A stretch of DNA of 64,000 nt, taken from Salpingoeca rosetta. Lineage: Eukaryota; Protista; Choanoflagellata. The notes beneath the pieces were generated by a model. That model made no database searches. It was not told the DNA's origin and saw only the letters and a list, made by a program, of their open reading frames with translations. Positions 23,095 through 63,470 of the stretch are shown here, piece after piece (within the stretch, counting starts at the first letter, position 1; every line of letters starts with the position of its first letter). Location: positions 70,153 to 134,152 of the forward strand of contig JAWQFM010000005.1 of assembly GCA_033442325.1 (NCBI GenBank), in the 5' to 3' direction. The position numbers were made by a program, and so were the translations under genes.

Positions 23095-26040
23095 TCACGA
23101 CGATGTCGCCCCTGTTCCTGCTGTTCCTGCTGCTGTTGTTTGTCGCTGCGTGTGCCACGCGTGGTTGCGCATCATGGCCATGACGTGGTGGCGTTCCTCC
23201 TCCGTCAGCTCAACCTTCACCTTCGCCTTCATCGCCATCCGTTGCTGTTGTCGCTGCATCATCGCAACCACCAACGGATCATCGTCGTCACCATCATCAT
23301 CATCCTCGCCATCACTGCCACGAGGTGCACCATCACGTGCATTCGTATTTCGGTTCATCGCTGGTGCGCTGCGCATCTCAACGCCAACACCAGCTATATC
23401 CTCACTGACACCACGCTGACGATGACGTTTACCATCACAACCATCATCATCGCCACCACCACTGTCACCACCATCACCACCATCACCACCATCATCGTCA
23501 TCGTCATCGTCGACGCCACCAGCACCGTCACCAGCACTGCCACGTGCAATGATGGCTGCCCCTTGCTCCACCACCTCCCACATCTCCCGCCGACCGAGCA
23601 CACGCGCTGCCGAGTGGTTGTGCAGTTGGAACCGCAGCAGCACAGCAGCGGCCGCAACAGCGTCGCCCGCGGTCATGTGGTGCGACAGCAGCGCTTCGTG
23701 TATCAGTGGCGTTGGCCGCAGTGGGCTGTCCTGTGTGAACACGCGCTCGTACACGCGCATTGCCTCAGCGCGGTTGCCGCTGTTGAGGTAGGCGTGGATG
23801 AGAAACTCAAACGCAGACACATCGGGCTCAACCCCGCACTCCTTCATCAGCCGCATGGTGTGCGTTGCGCCCTCAACATCCCCCGCGTCCGCGTGCGCGC
23901 GGATGGCGGCAGTAAACGCCTTCACCGGCGGTTTCATCCGGTACTCCCGCATGATTCGCTCCAGTGCGCGATGGGCGCCCGCAGCGTCGCCTGCAATGCG
24001 ATACGCCTTGACGAGCGAGATGATGGCGCGCGCATCAAACGACCCGCACGCGGCCTCGATGCTGGCGAACACATGCTCAGCACCCTCCACATCACCGCAC
24101 TGCGCGTGCGCCTCAAGCAGATAGCGGTGTGCACGGTCGTCACGGCTGGCGTGGGGCGCAACAACATCGTGGAAGCACGCCTGGGCGCCGGCGACGTCCC
24201 CTGCACGCGCGTGCGCGAGGAGGAGGTGCAGGCGGTGCGAGCGATGCGGTGGAAGGTGGTATTTCTCCATCATGAGACGCACCACCCCATATGTCTCCTT
24301 GACGTTACCCTGCATGGCAAAGGCGAGCTGCATGGCAGCAAACACGGGCGCAAAGGACGTCACGTCATGACTGGGCTGCTCATCGTAGTGCTGCTGCTGC
24401 TGTTGATGATGGGGGTGCTGGTGTTGCTGATGGTGGTGGTGGTGGTGGTGGGGCGGTGATGAAGATGAGGAGGGTGAGGAGGGTGACCACCACGAATCTG
24501 CTGTTGAGGCGTGTTCGGACGCGTTGCTCTGCGGTCGCAGCAGTGAGGTCGGTGATGACAAGGACGCAGCGTTGTTGCAACTCGTGTTAAACACGGGCGA
24601 GTCACTGCTTGTGGTCGCGTGTTGCTGCGCGCTGATGGCGTCAACAAAGGCGAGTGCAGATGCGAAAATGTCCTCCGCATCCCGCAGGAGCCCGCTTAGT
24701 GCACACGCGCGCAGGGCAACGCAGTACAGGTCGGGGTGAATGTCGCGCTTGCTGCGACCGACGGTGATGTGCTGCCACACCTTGAGGGCGAGGCGACCGC
24801 GACCAGCCTGGCCCAGCACGTTCATCATGTGGCACGCGTCCACGGGCGTGATGTCGTGTTCGGTTATGGCTGTCTGCACGTGCTTGGTCACCTGCATCGC
24901 AAAGGGATGCGAGGAGCGCATGCGCTGTGCCAGCACCAACGGGTCCGCCTGCAGCCAGCGATGGCGCGTGGCTTTGGTGAAGAGGCTGTTCTCGCCCGCG
25001 TGCTCCAGGTCGTCGGTGATGGCGATGCCAATGTGTTCCGGAAGTTCAAACAAGCCACCACCATTCTGCCTCCTACTGCTTCCCCGTTTGTGTCTCCTGC
25101 CGCCATTGTTATGCGCAGCACTCTTGCTAGAGGCGCTGCGGCTCTCACTGATGGTGTTGTTGTGGTTGTTGTTGTTGCTGTTGTTGTTGTTGTTGTTGTT
25201 GCTGTTGTTGTTGTTGTTGTTGTTGTTGCTGAGACTGCTGCTTTTGCTGCTGCGACCGTCGTTGCGGCTGGCGCTGGCCAAAGCATCTTGTCGCTTGTTG
25301 CGTATTGATGATTCGCGCTTCTGACGCTGGCGATGCGTGTCGCGTGCAAAGGATGATTGGGGTGTGTGCGCCGTGGGGGAATCATGGTTCATCCCGTCGT
25401 CGCCATCCACTGGACACGTATCGCCGTGTAAGTTTCGGAAATGCGCTGCAGGGGTGTGTGCATGCAAGAGGCGATGACGCAGTGCAAGCGACACCTGTGT
25501 TGATGGCAATAATAATTGCAATGAACCTCGTGATGTGGGGAAGGAGGTAGTCAGCAGCCTTCTTGCTGCTGACGACGACATGCTCCTGCGCTGCTGTTGC
25601 TCGCACCTCGCACAGCATGTTGGCGCTGGCGAGGCTGATTCGAACAATAACGACGCCAAGTGCGTGCGCGGCCGCCGCCTCGGCAACGAACACCGCTGCC
25701 AGGACGAATGGTGTGACAGTGGTTGAGACAGTGATTGGCGGCGTTCCAACGCGGTTCCCAACTCCGCTAGTTGCATATCGTCAGCGCAGTTGTTGTGTGC
25801 TGCTGGTGTTGGTGGTTGTGGTTGTGATGTCGGTATCCTTCTTGCTGCAGTGGCTGAAGAGGTTGATAACGAGGAAGACAGCGCGCGCGCTTCTGTACGA
25901 GCACTGCGACCAGCATCACGCCCAGACGCACGCCACACCAGTGCCTGTGCCATGTGCCCGCCGTGTAGGCGTGGGTTCCTGCAGGTGTGTATGCTGCTGC
26001 TGCTGCTGCCCCTGCAACATCTTCGCGTTGCGTGCATCAT
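23095..26040 (-). CDS. Pentatricopeptide repeat (PPR) protein, probably mitochondrial
   Basis: Single ORF of ~980 aa. Tandem 35-aa repeats, e.g. AFTAAIRAHADAGDVEGATHTMRLMKECGVEPDVSAFEFLIHAYLNSGNRAEAMRVYERV. Arg/Ser-rich, acid-poor N-terminus resembles a transit peptide. Confidence 0.9.
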   Translation of the reverse strand: MMHATRRCCRGSSSSSIHTCRNPRLHGGHMAQALVWRASGRDAGRSARTEARALSSSLSTSSATAARRIPTSQPQPPTPAAHNNCADDMQLAELGTALERRQSLSQPLSHHSSWQRCSLPRRRPRTHLASLLFESASPAPTCCARCEQQQRRSMSSSAARRLLTTSFPTSRGSLQLLLPSTQVSLALRHRLLHAHTPAAHFRNLHGDTCPVDGDDGMNHDSPTAHTPQSSFARDTHRQRQKRESSIRNKRQDALASASRNDGRSSKSSSLSNNNNNNNNSNNNNNNNSNNNNHNNTISESRSASSKSAAHNNGGRRHKRGSSRRQNGGGLFELPEHIGIAITDDLEHAGENSLFTKATRHRWLQADPLVLAQRMRSSHPFAMQVTKHVQTAITEHDITPVDACHMMNVLGQAGRGRLALKVWQHITVGRSKRDIHPDLYCVALRACALSGLLRDAEDIFASALAFVDAISAQQHATTSSDSPVFNTSCNNAASLSSPTSLLRPQSNASEHASTADSWWSPSSPSSSSSPPHHHHHHHQQHQHPHHQQQQQHYDEQPSHDVTSFAPVFAAMQLAFAMQGNVKETYGVVRLMMEKYHLPPHRSHRLHLLLAHARAGDVAGAQACFHDVVAPHASRDDRAHRYLLEAHAQCGDVEGAEHVFASIEAACGSFDARAIISLVKAYRIAGDAAGAHRALERIMREYRMKPPVKAFTAAIRAHADAGDVEGATHTMRLMKECGVEPDVSAFEFLIHAYLNSGNRAEAMRVYERVFTQDSPLRPTPLIHEALLSHHMTAGDAVAAAAVLLRFQLHNHSAARVLGRREMWEVVEQGAAIIARGSAGDGAGGVDDDDDDDGGDGGDGGDSGGGDDDGCDGKRHRQRGVSEDIAGVGVEMRSAPAMNRNTNARDGAPRGSDGEDDDDGDDDDPLVVAMMQRQQQRMAMKAKVKVELTEEERHHVMAMMRNHAWHTQRQTTAAGTAGTGATSS

Positions 26041-26166
26041 CGTCGCCTTTGACTGCAGGAGCACGTTGCACCGAAAATTAAGCAAAATCTTCCATAACCA
26101 TCGTATGTACTTGTGTGTGTGTGTGTGTGTGTCTGTGTGCTTGTGCTTGTGTGTGTGTGCTTGTGC

Positions 26167-26247
<81 letters not shown>

Positions 26248-26469
26248 TGCATCTGTCTATCTCTCTCTGTATGCGTGCGCGTGCGTGCACGACGTTGGTG
26301 TAGGATGCAAAAGAAAGCACGTTACACCGTGATATCGCGTGCATTGATTTCGAGTAACAACATGAAACACCCCAACACTGGCTGCGCATATAAAAAGCAT
26401 AGAAAACACACACAAGGGGGACATGCAAGGGATCAAAGAAAGGGAGGGAAGCAACCACATCTCATTGTT

Positions 26470-30223
<3,754 letters not shown>

Positions 30224-30501
30224 GATCGATGAGATGGTAGAGTGGTGTGCATGCGAGGGTGGATCGATGAGATGGTGGAGTGGAGTGGGGTGGCCTCACA
30301 ACCCAGCGAAGTGTGTTTGTCCGTTGCTGCTGCCTTGGCCAAGACTGACTTCAGTCGCCTCGGCACGACGAGATGACTCATCAGCTCCTTCGCCTGTCTT
30401 CCCACGCGCACTCTCTCTCCAAACACAACAAGCGACAGCTGCTCATTTCCCCACACGACGCACACGCACCAGCAGCACCCCAACACTACCACGGAGCGAA
30501 G

Positions 30502-31108
30502 ATGAGTGGCTACCAGCGCATGCACAACCACGGCCACGGAGGCCACCACCATCATCATGGCCACGGAGGCCATCATCACCATGGTGGACACAAGCACCAC
30601 GGCGGCGGTCACCACCACCACCATGGCGGCCACAACCACCACCACCACGGGCATAAGCACCACCACCACCATGCCCACCACCCAACTCCCGTGTTCCCCA
30701 AACACCACCACCATCACCACCACCGCCCAGGCCCGTACGTCGTCGAGGTAAGCACGCGATGCATTTCTCCAGCGACATGCGCATGTGCTTGTGCAGGCAG
30801 CAGCTTCTTTCGCCAATCCTCAAATATACTCTTATTTGCTTCCACTCCTGCCACTGTGTTGTTGACATTCATTGCAGGAGACGGTCGTGTACCAGCCTCG
30901 CGCACAGGAAACCGTGTATGTGGAGCGCAACCCACGCGCTGAGGAGGATCTCTGCTGCGGTATGTTCTTGTTTCACATGTTGTTGTCGCGAACATCCGAT
31001 TATTCTCGTTGTGTGTTCGTTTTGCACCTCGCTTCTGTGCCTCCATTGTGTCTGCTTCTCGCTTCGTTCCTCCATTGTGTCTGTAACTCCCCCACTCACA
31101 CACACACA

Positions 31109-31150
<42 letters not shown>

Positions 31151-31160
31151 CACACTCACA

Positions 31161-31191
<31 letters not shown>

Positions 31192-31281
31192 CGTTGCTTG
31201 GCCTCGCTTCCCCCCCCCCCTCCCACAGGCATCGCCCTTGCTTCACTTCTGTGCTGCTGCCTTGGTGCCGCAACAAACTAA
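30502..31281 (+). CDS. Small (126 aa) His/Gly-rich protein with C-terminal cysteine-rich transmembrane (CYSTM-like) module
   Basis: Exons 30502-30747, 30878-30959 and 31229-31281 are all phase-compatible; the protein ends [23 protein letters not shown]. Confidence 0.8.
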
Positions 31282-31722
31282 GCCGCTGCTCCCAGCATGT
31301 GCGATTGCACCCTCTCCTCAACCCTCGTTTTGATCCATCTTTGCTCCCCGTGCATCGCTTCCCTTGCTCTTTCCCTCTCATGACCCCCCATGCACCTGCG
31401 TGGTGGTGGCCCTGCTGTTGTGTGTTGACTTGCTTGCTTGCTTGCTTGCTTGCTTGTTCCTTTCCGCGCTTGTTTCGGACTGAAGCCTGTAGTGAAGCCA
31501 CTGTCTGCACGGCTTTCCACTGCCACACCATCCGTACATGCAACCGCACCTCCTTTCTCTATGGCCAACATGAGGACTCTCCTCGTCGCTTGCTTCATGG
31601 GCCCCTTTGAGACCAGCCACCAAGAAGTGTGGTTGGCTCACATGTGTGCTTGTGTGCGTGCCCCTCGTGTTGCCATCTCGCTCCACCGTCATCACCGCCA
31701 TTAAACGAAACAACAACAAACC

Positions 31723-32719
<997 letters not shown>

Positions 32720-32732
32720 CGTGTGTCTGCGT

Positions 32733-32840
32733 GCACAACTGCCACTCTGTCCACAACTGCTGCCACTCTGTCCACAACTGCTGCCACTCTGTCCACAACT
32801 GCTGCCACTCTGTCCACAACTGCTGCCACTCTGTCCACAC
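32733..32840. repeat. 21-bp tandem repeat CACAACTGCTGCCACTCTGTC
   Basis: About 5 copies. Confidence 0.9.
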
Positions 32841-32886
32841 CCAACATCTCACGTTGGCGGCATTGCACGCCCCATCCTGTGTGCAG

Positions 32887-37070
<4,184 letters not shown>

Positions 37071-37495
37071 CGAACCAGCTCACTGATACGCGCGCGCGTG
37101 CGTGTATGTGTGTGAGCAGGTGTGATGATAATGAACGGCCTCCTTTTTGAGTCATGTGCTTGTGTGTACATTTCAGTGTTTCTTTCTTCTATTCGACAAT
37201 GACAACAACAGCATGTAAACAGCAGGCAAAGTGACGTAACGTAACGCTGACAAGATGTGGGGCGAATGAGCGGTGTAAACGCTGTGTGTGTGTGCGCGCG
37301 CGCGTGCGTGTGTGTGCGTGCGTGTGTGTGCGTGCGTGTGTGTGCGTGCGTGCGTGTGAAGGAAGCATGACAAAGACGAGCGGTTCTAACAGACAAAAGC
37401 TTACGATCTACGAACATGAGACGTAGAGAGGGGATTGGAAGAGGCACGCGCATTGTGGTGGTGGGTGGCGGTTGTGGTGGCAGCTCGGCGTCTGC

Positions 37496-48450
<10,955 letters not shown>

Positions 48451-48746
48451 CTTGCTACTGTTCCAGTTGTCAACACCAGGCAGTGCGGACGGTAACTGGT
48501 GCAGTCCACCAAGTGTGCACCACGACGCAGTGGAGGAGGAGGGGAGGGGGGCGACAGGTGGAGCAGTGAGCGTGTGCGCGTGTAGTGTGGGTCGTTGCTG
48601 GTCGTGGTTTGGAGGGAGGACAACACCCACAACAGCACACGTATGGGTGATGATGACTCATCAATGACGAGCGACGAGCGACGTGGACGCAACAACAACA
48701 ACAGAGTGAACAGCAGCACAACACAACGCAGCAGCACACACGCGCG

Positions 48747-48865
48747 ATGGCGACGACGACACGACGAGCACGTGCACTGCTCGGGGTCATCTTCGACCTT
48801 GATGGTAAGCCAGAGGGAGGCTTGTGTTTACGTGTGCATGTGCATGTGTGCATGTGTGTGTGCAT

Positions 48866-48937
<72 letters not shown>

Positions 48938-50127
48938 ATGTGGGTGTGTATGTGTGTGTGTGTGTATGTGTCTGTGTCTGTCTGTCTGTCTATGTCTGTC
49001 TGTCTTTGCATGTGTGTGTGTCTGTGTCTGTGTCTACTTCTCCTGCTATGCTTTCTCACAAAGACAATTCAACCTCCCCCCCCCCCACACACACATACGT
49101 GCATGCAATTACAGGAACGCTGACGCGGCCCCATGCCATCGACTTTGCACGGATGCGGGCGCGGATAGGCGTGCCGAGCTCGTACACGTCCATCCTCAAG
49201 TACGTGAACACGTTGGAGAGCGAGGAAGCCCGCACCAAGGCCCTGGACATTGTGCTGGAGGAAGAGGAGGCCGGCCTGGACCGCATGCAGCTCAACACAG
49301 GGTTTGACGCCGTCTTCAGCACCATGCGCGACCTGCAGCTGCGCGGTGCCATCTGCACCCGCAATACGGAGAGCGCGCTCGAGCGCTTCCGCGTCGTCCT
49401 CGAACAGGAAGGCCTGACACACCATGCGTCGCTCTTCGACCCGTGGCTTGCCAGGGACGCAACCTGCCCCGCCACGGCCCAAGCGCTGCAAAACAAGCCA
49501 CACCCAGACCCGGCACACGCCACCCTCCGCACCTGGGGTATGCTGCTCTGCGATGACACGGCTGGCAACACAACCGACCCCAGCTATGAACAAAAGCAGG
49601 AGCAGCCCCAACCCCGGCACCAACTCCAACACCAACTCCAAGCAACTGGTGAAGGAACCGGTGTCCATGATGAAGAGCCCGCAGCTACGCACGCGTTGTC
49701 ATCCCGGGGCACACGAGGCGAGGGTGATGTGGTGCAGGTGCAACAACAGCACCAGCACATGTCCACAGCAACTACCACAGCCGCCAACACCATCGCAGCC
49801 ACCACAACAACGACGACAACGACGACCGGAAGCACTCGTGTCGTGCAGCACAGTTTTCATCGCCAGCACCCTGTCCTCTTCGTTGGCGACCACATTGATG
49901 ACATGGTGTGCGGGCACAGCGCTGGCTGCCTCACGTGTCTGCTCACGAACGGCGAGGCGTTGAGCTGTGAACGGGTACGCGGCGTGTTGGCCAGTCCACA
50001 GCACGAGCCTGTCATCGACTTTGTTGTGGATGACGGACACGAGCTTGCGCAACTCATGCACGCGCTGCACACGGGCGACACGACGCTCCTTGACACGTTC
50101 GCACACCCACGTGACGAGCACAGATAG
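48747..50127 (+). CDS. HAD-superfamily hydrolase (subfamily I, phosphoglycolate-phosphatase-like)
   Basis: Exons 48747-48804 and 49115-50127. Motif [33 protein letters not shown]. Confidence 0.9.
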
Positions 50128-50461
50128 TGGCGCTATGTGTTGTTGTTGTGTGAGGATGTGGTGTTGCCGCTGTGAGTGAGCGAGTGTGTTGTTTTGTGTG
50201 TGTGTGTGTGTGTGTGTTGTTGTTGTTGCTGTGTGTGTGCTGTTGCTGTGTGTGTGTGTGTGTGTGTTGTGTTGTGTATGTGTGCGTGTGTGTTCTTGAC
50301 TGCCTGTGCCTGCTTGCTCGCCTGTGGCTTTGGTGCACCGTGAGACATGTGGCAACTGCTGTTCATTTATTCGCATATGCAAGTGAATGCTGGCCATACA
50401 CATCAACGTTGTAACAATGCAACATTGCTTATTCCACACGCACACATACACACAAACAGTT

Positions 50462-50542
<81 letters not shown>

Positions 50543-50571
50543 GACACGCAAATGCAAACGCTCCCCAGCAA

Positions 50572-58958
<8,387 letters not shown>

Positions 58959-59296
58959 GGTGCTGTGCGTGGCTGCCCGCACCAGTGCGTTTGTGTCTGC
59001 GCCTGCTTGGAGTGTTGTGGTGCAGCGAGTGTGGAAATGGAGCCCACTCGCAGTCCACCAACAGCCCACCACCACCTTTCACGACAGCAGGGTTAGCAAC
59101 AGCATCCAGCGTCCAGCACCCAGCACCTAACACCCCAGCATCAACCCGAACCGCAGCACCACCACCACACGTCGTGTGTTGCACGACCAACACCACAGCA
59201 CAACAAGCAAGAGAGACACGAGTGTGACTGGTTCGCAGTTGTTGTCGTTGTTGTCTTTGTTGTTGTTGTTGTTGTTGTGGAGGAAAAAGGAGGACA

Positions 59297-59567
59297 ATGA
59301 CGAAGAAGACACAGCGTGGTGCCGGCAGTGGTGGTGGTGGCGGACAGGGGAGGCGGAGGAAGAAGAAGGAGAAGGAGAAGTTGGACTTTGGGGCGTCAGG
59401 GTGGCCAGCATGGTGCCAGCAGCTGCTGAGCGTGCAAGAAAAAGTGGAGTCGGTAGCTGCGTTTCTCAATCGCCGGCATATGGTCTTGGACGCGGACGTG
59501 ATTGCCCGCACGGCAGGATGTGACAAGCACGACATTGCTCGCATCGTCGCAAGTCAGTGCGCTCATG

Positions 59568-59629
<62 letters not shown>

Positions 59630-60698
59630 ATGTATGTGTGTGTCCATGTATGTGTGTGTTTATCTGTCTTGTCTGTCTTGTCTGTCTGTCTTGTCTGAAT
59701 GTCAGCCTGTCTGTCTGTCTTGTCTGTCTGTCTGTCTTGTCTGAATGTGAGCCTACCTCTCTTCCATGGCTGAGACTGGCTCTGTACGTCTCATCCCTCC
59801 CTTCCCTTCCCCCTTCCCACGTACACACACACACACGCACGATTGTTGTCATGTCTGTCAGTGTTGCCGGAGCAGCTGGAGCTGCGGTGGAAGACGACCA
59901 TTGCTAACAGCGCTGACGACAGCTATGCGGGCTTCATGGGACCTCCGACATCATCCTCATCGTCCACTACCCACCCAGCAGTGAGTGTCGTCCTGCACAC
60001 GTGCACACACGCGCACAAACGTCCACAACTGGAAGCCACTGACGATGCCTCTCGCTCATCATTCACCGCCACCATCGCCACTCCCTCTTGCCCTTCCATT
60101 GCCACACCCACGTGCGCTTGCTGCAGAGGCCAACACCGCTGCAGCTGGTGCCAAAGATGAAGCGGCCGTTCACAAAAGGAAGCACCATGGCCAGGCAGCG
60201 TGCCCTTGTCACTGCAATGCACAAGCACATTGCGAACCAGCACCAAGAGTTCCTCGACGCTATCAGTGAGTGTGTGCAATGGCCGCGACCACGCGTGACC
60301 TGATGTCGACATCGACATCACCACGCACATGCATACGCAATAGACACTTGCGTGGCAGCTAGCTGATAACACACATGCACATGTGCTCCACTCGCGTGTG
60401 CAGGTACGCTCGGGGGCAGAGATGATGATGACGCAGCGACACGGGGAGCCCCATCGGACAGCACCGCTGGTGACCTCACGTCTCCTGCTCAGTTCCACCC
60501 CGACTTTGACCTGTCTTCGCTGCCACCACCACTGCCAGCTGTTGTGGAGTCGATTGAGGAACAGGAGAAACGCGAGGCCGAGGAGAGCAAGACAGCGAGC
60601 GTGCAATACACCAACTACACGGGCGACTACAGGGCTACGCCACCAGCCCAGTTCGATCCAAAGGTGGGCGTGTGTGTGTACGTGTGTGCGTGTGTGCG

Positions 60699-60786
<88 letters not shown>

Positions 60787-61226
60787 TGTGCAAATCTGTG
60801 TGCTCGCTTACGGTGCCCTCTGCTCTGTCCGCCATTGCGACCAACAGGAGATCCTAGACCACTTGCTCCGACTTCCCCTCGCAAAGGTACGACGAGCACA
60901 GCCACTTCCACTGCATCTATTTTCTGCTGCTGCAAGCGCACACCTACCTCAATCACCACACAGTCTCATGCACGAATCCTCACGCGACCATACAATCACC
61001 CACCACACCACCACACCATCACACCAACCCCCCTCCCAACCTTTTCCTCTCCGCACAGGGCCATTCCCTGCACGTTGAGACGCTACCTGCACGTGCACCC
61101 GTCTTTGGAGAATTGGAACGCCCTCTCCCATCTCCGCTCCAGCACACACTCGCAGACCTCGGCATTCAGCGCCTCTTCTCCCACCAGGTGGCGTGTGTAT
61201 GCATGCGTGTCTGCGTACGTGTGTGT

Positions 61227-61259
<33 letters not shown>

Positions 61260-61302
61260 TGTCTGTGTGTACGTGTGTTGTCTGTCTGTGTGTGTTTGTT
61301 TG

Positions 61303-61351
<49 letters not shown>

Positions 61352-61461
61352 GTCCGTCCGTNNNNNNNNNNNNNNNNNNNNNNNNNNNNNNNNNNNNNNN
61401 NNNNNNNNNNNNNNNNNNNNNNNNNNNNNNNNNNNNNNNNNNNNNNNNNNNNNNNNNNNNN

Positions 61462-61526
<65 letters not shown>

Positions 61527-61533
61527 GTTGTTG

Positions 61534-61585
<52 letters not shown>

Positions 61586-62095
61586 GTCCGTCTGTGTCTC
61601 TGTCTGCCTGTCTGTCTTCATTCTCTGTCTGCCTGGCTGTCTGCATTCTCTGTCTCTACACATGTGAGTGCCTGCCACGTCATCAATGCGTTCATTCATC
61701 CCATCACCTATCCACACGCGTGCGTGTGATCGTGTGTGCAGGCTGAGGGCGTGAATGCAGCGCGCGACGGCGCGCACGTGATGATCTCAACTGCCACGTC
61801 ATCGGGCAAGAGCCTCGTGTATCACCTCCCGACCATGGAAGCCCTACTCTCAGACCCGCACAACACCGTCGCCCTGTACATCTTCCCAACAAAGGCGCTT
61901 GCACAGGATCAGCTGCGATCACTCCGCGAGTTTGTCGGTGCGGGGTGGCTCGGGGATGCTGTTCGCGCGGACTGCCTCGACGCTGACACACCAGCACGTG
62001 CACGAGAGGACGTCAAGAGTGCAGCCAACATCATCCTCACCAACCCTGACCTGTTACATGCCACGCTTCTCCCGCGCCACCGCGACTGGCACAGG

Positions 62096-62146
<51 letters not shown>

Positions 62147-62286
62147 GGAGGAGGAGGAGGAGGAGGAGGAGGAGGAGGAGGAGGAGAGGTGATAATGAGC
62201 GACTGGACTCAATATGATGTTCCTGCATGTTGACATTGGTGGTTCTGTGGGGACCGCATGTGGTTACATGTGCAACTCACACCTGC

Positions 62287-62332
<46 letters not shown>

Positions 62333-62506
62333 CTGCTTGTTTGACTGTCTCCTCATCCGTCCATCTGCTCTCTTCTCCTTGTTGGACACATGTCTGTAGG
62401 ATCTTTCGGTCGCTGCGTTTTGTGGTGATTGACGAAGCGCACATGTACAGGGGCGCCTTTGGGTCCCACGTCTCTCTCGTCATCCGAAGGTGTGGATCAT
62501 CTGTCC

Positions 62507-62588
<82 letters not shown>

Positions 62589-62749
62589 CCAACACACGCA
62601 CACACACCATCACATTTTCAAAGCTCTTCTATCCACTCATCTCTCACATGCCACGTGCACTTGAGGTTGCTCCAGGCTGCTTCGCATTTGCCGTCACTAC
62701 GGCAACACATCTGTGCAGTTCATCTGTTCAACAGCGACACTGGTACTGA

Positions 62750-62825
<76 letters not shown>

Positions 62826-63392
62826 GCGCACATGAACACCCATGTTGCTTGGCGTTTCACACTGATGTCGCTTGAATTGCTTGAAAATGACTTGCCGTGG
62901 CGTGCCCTTCACCTAAGTACGCACACGCACACGCATGCACACGCACACACTTACGTACGCACATGCATGCACACGCGCACACACGCATACACACGCACGC
63001 ACGCACGCACGCATTCCTACCACACATATTTGCCTGTGCCCCACATGCACAGGCAAACCCCCGCCAGCACTTTGGACAGCTCATTCCGCTGATTTATCCA
63101 CACCGCTCGCGCGTGTGTGTCGTCGACAACGACGGCAGCCCGTCAGGCAGTCGCGTGTTTGTGCTCTGGAACCCGGTGCGTCGTGTGGTGCATGTGGCGC
63201 CGTGTTGGATGTCAATGTGGCGTGGTACCGTGTTGTGCGGCATCGTGTCGTGTGATGGTCGTGTTGTTGATGATGATGGACGTACAACAGCCGTACGCAG
63301 CTCCTGTTACCATGCACTCATGCACTCACGTAACATCACTCTGCATGCAGATTCAAGAGCAAGAAGACAAACCAAAGCGCAATCAGAAGGCA

Positions 63393-63470
<78 letters not shown>

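Noticed and set aside
23071-24459. Long antisense ORFs overlapping real genes (also 2414-3709, 7456-8364, 50831-52147)
   Set aside because: Shadow ORFs expected from GC-rich codon usage and triplet repeats; no recognisable domains.
30321-30343. Possible RFX X-box upstream of BBS5 (GTTGCTGCTGCCTTGGCCAAG); also a TAGCAAC half-site near 59094
   Set aside because: Only half-site or degenerate matches, which are common by chance in this composition.
32733-32840. 21-bp repeat array as possible CRISPR-like or coding repeat
   Set aside because: Head-to-tail intronic minisatellite without spacers.
61295-61592. Direct repeat flanking the gap
   Set aside because: Probably unmerged overlapping contig ends rather than a true duplication.
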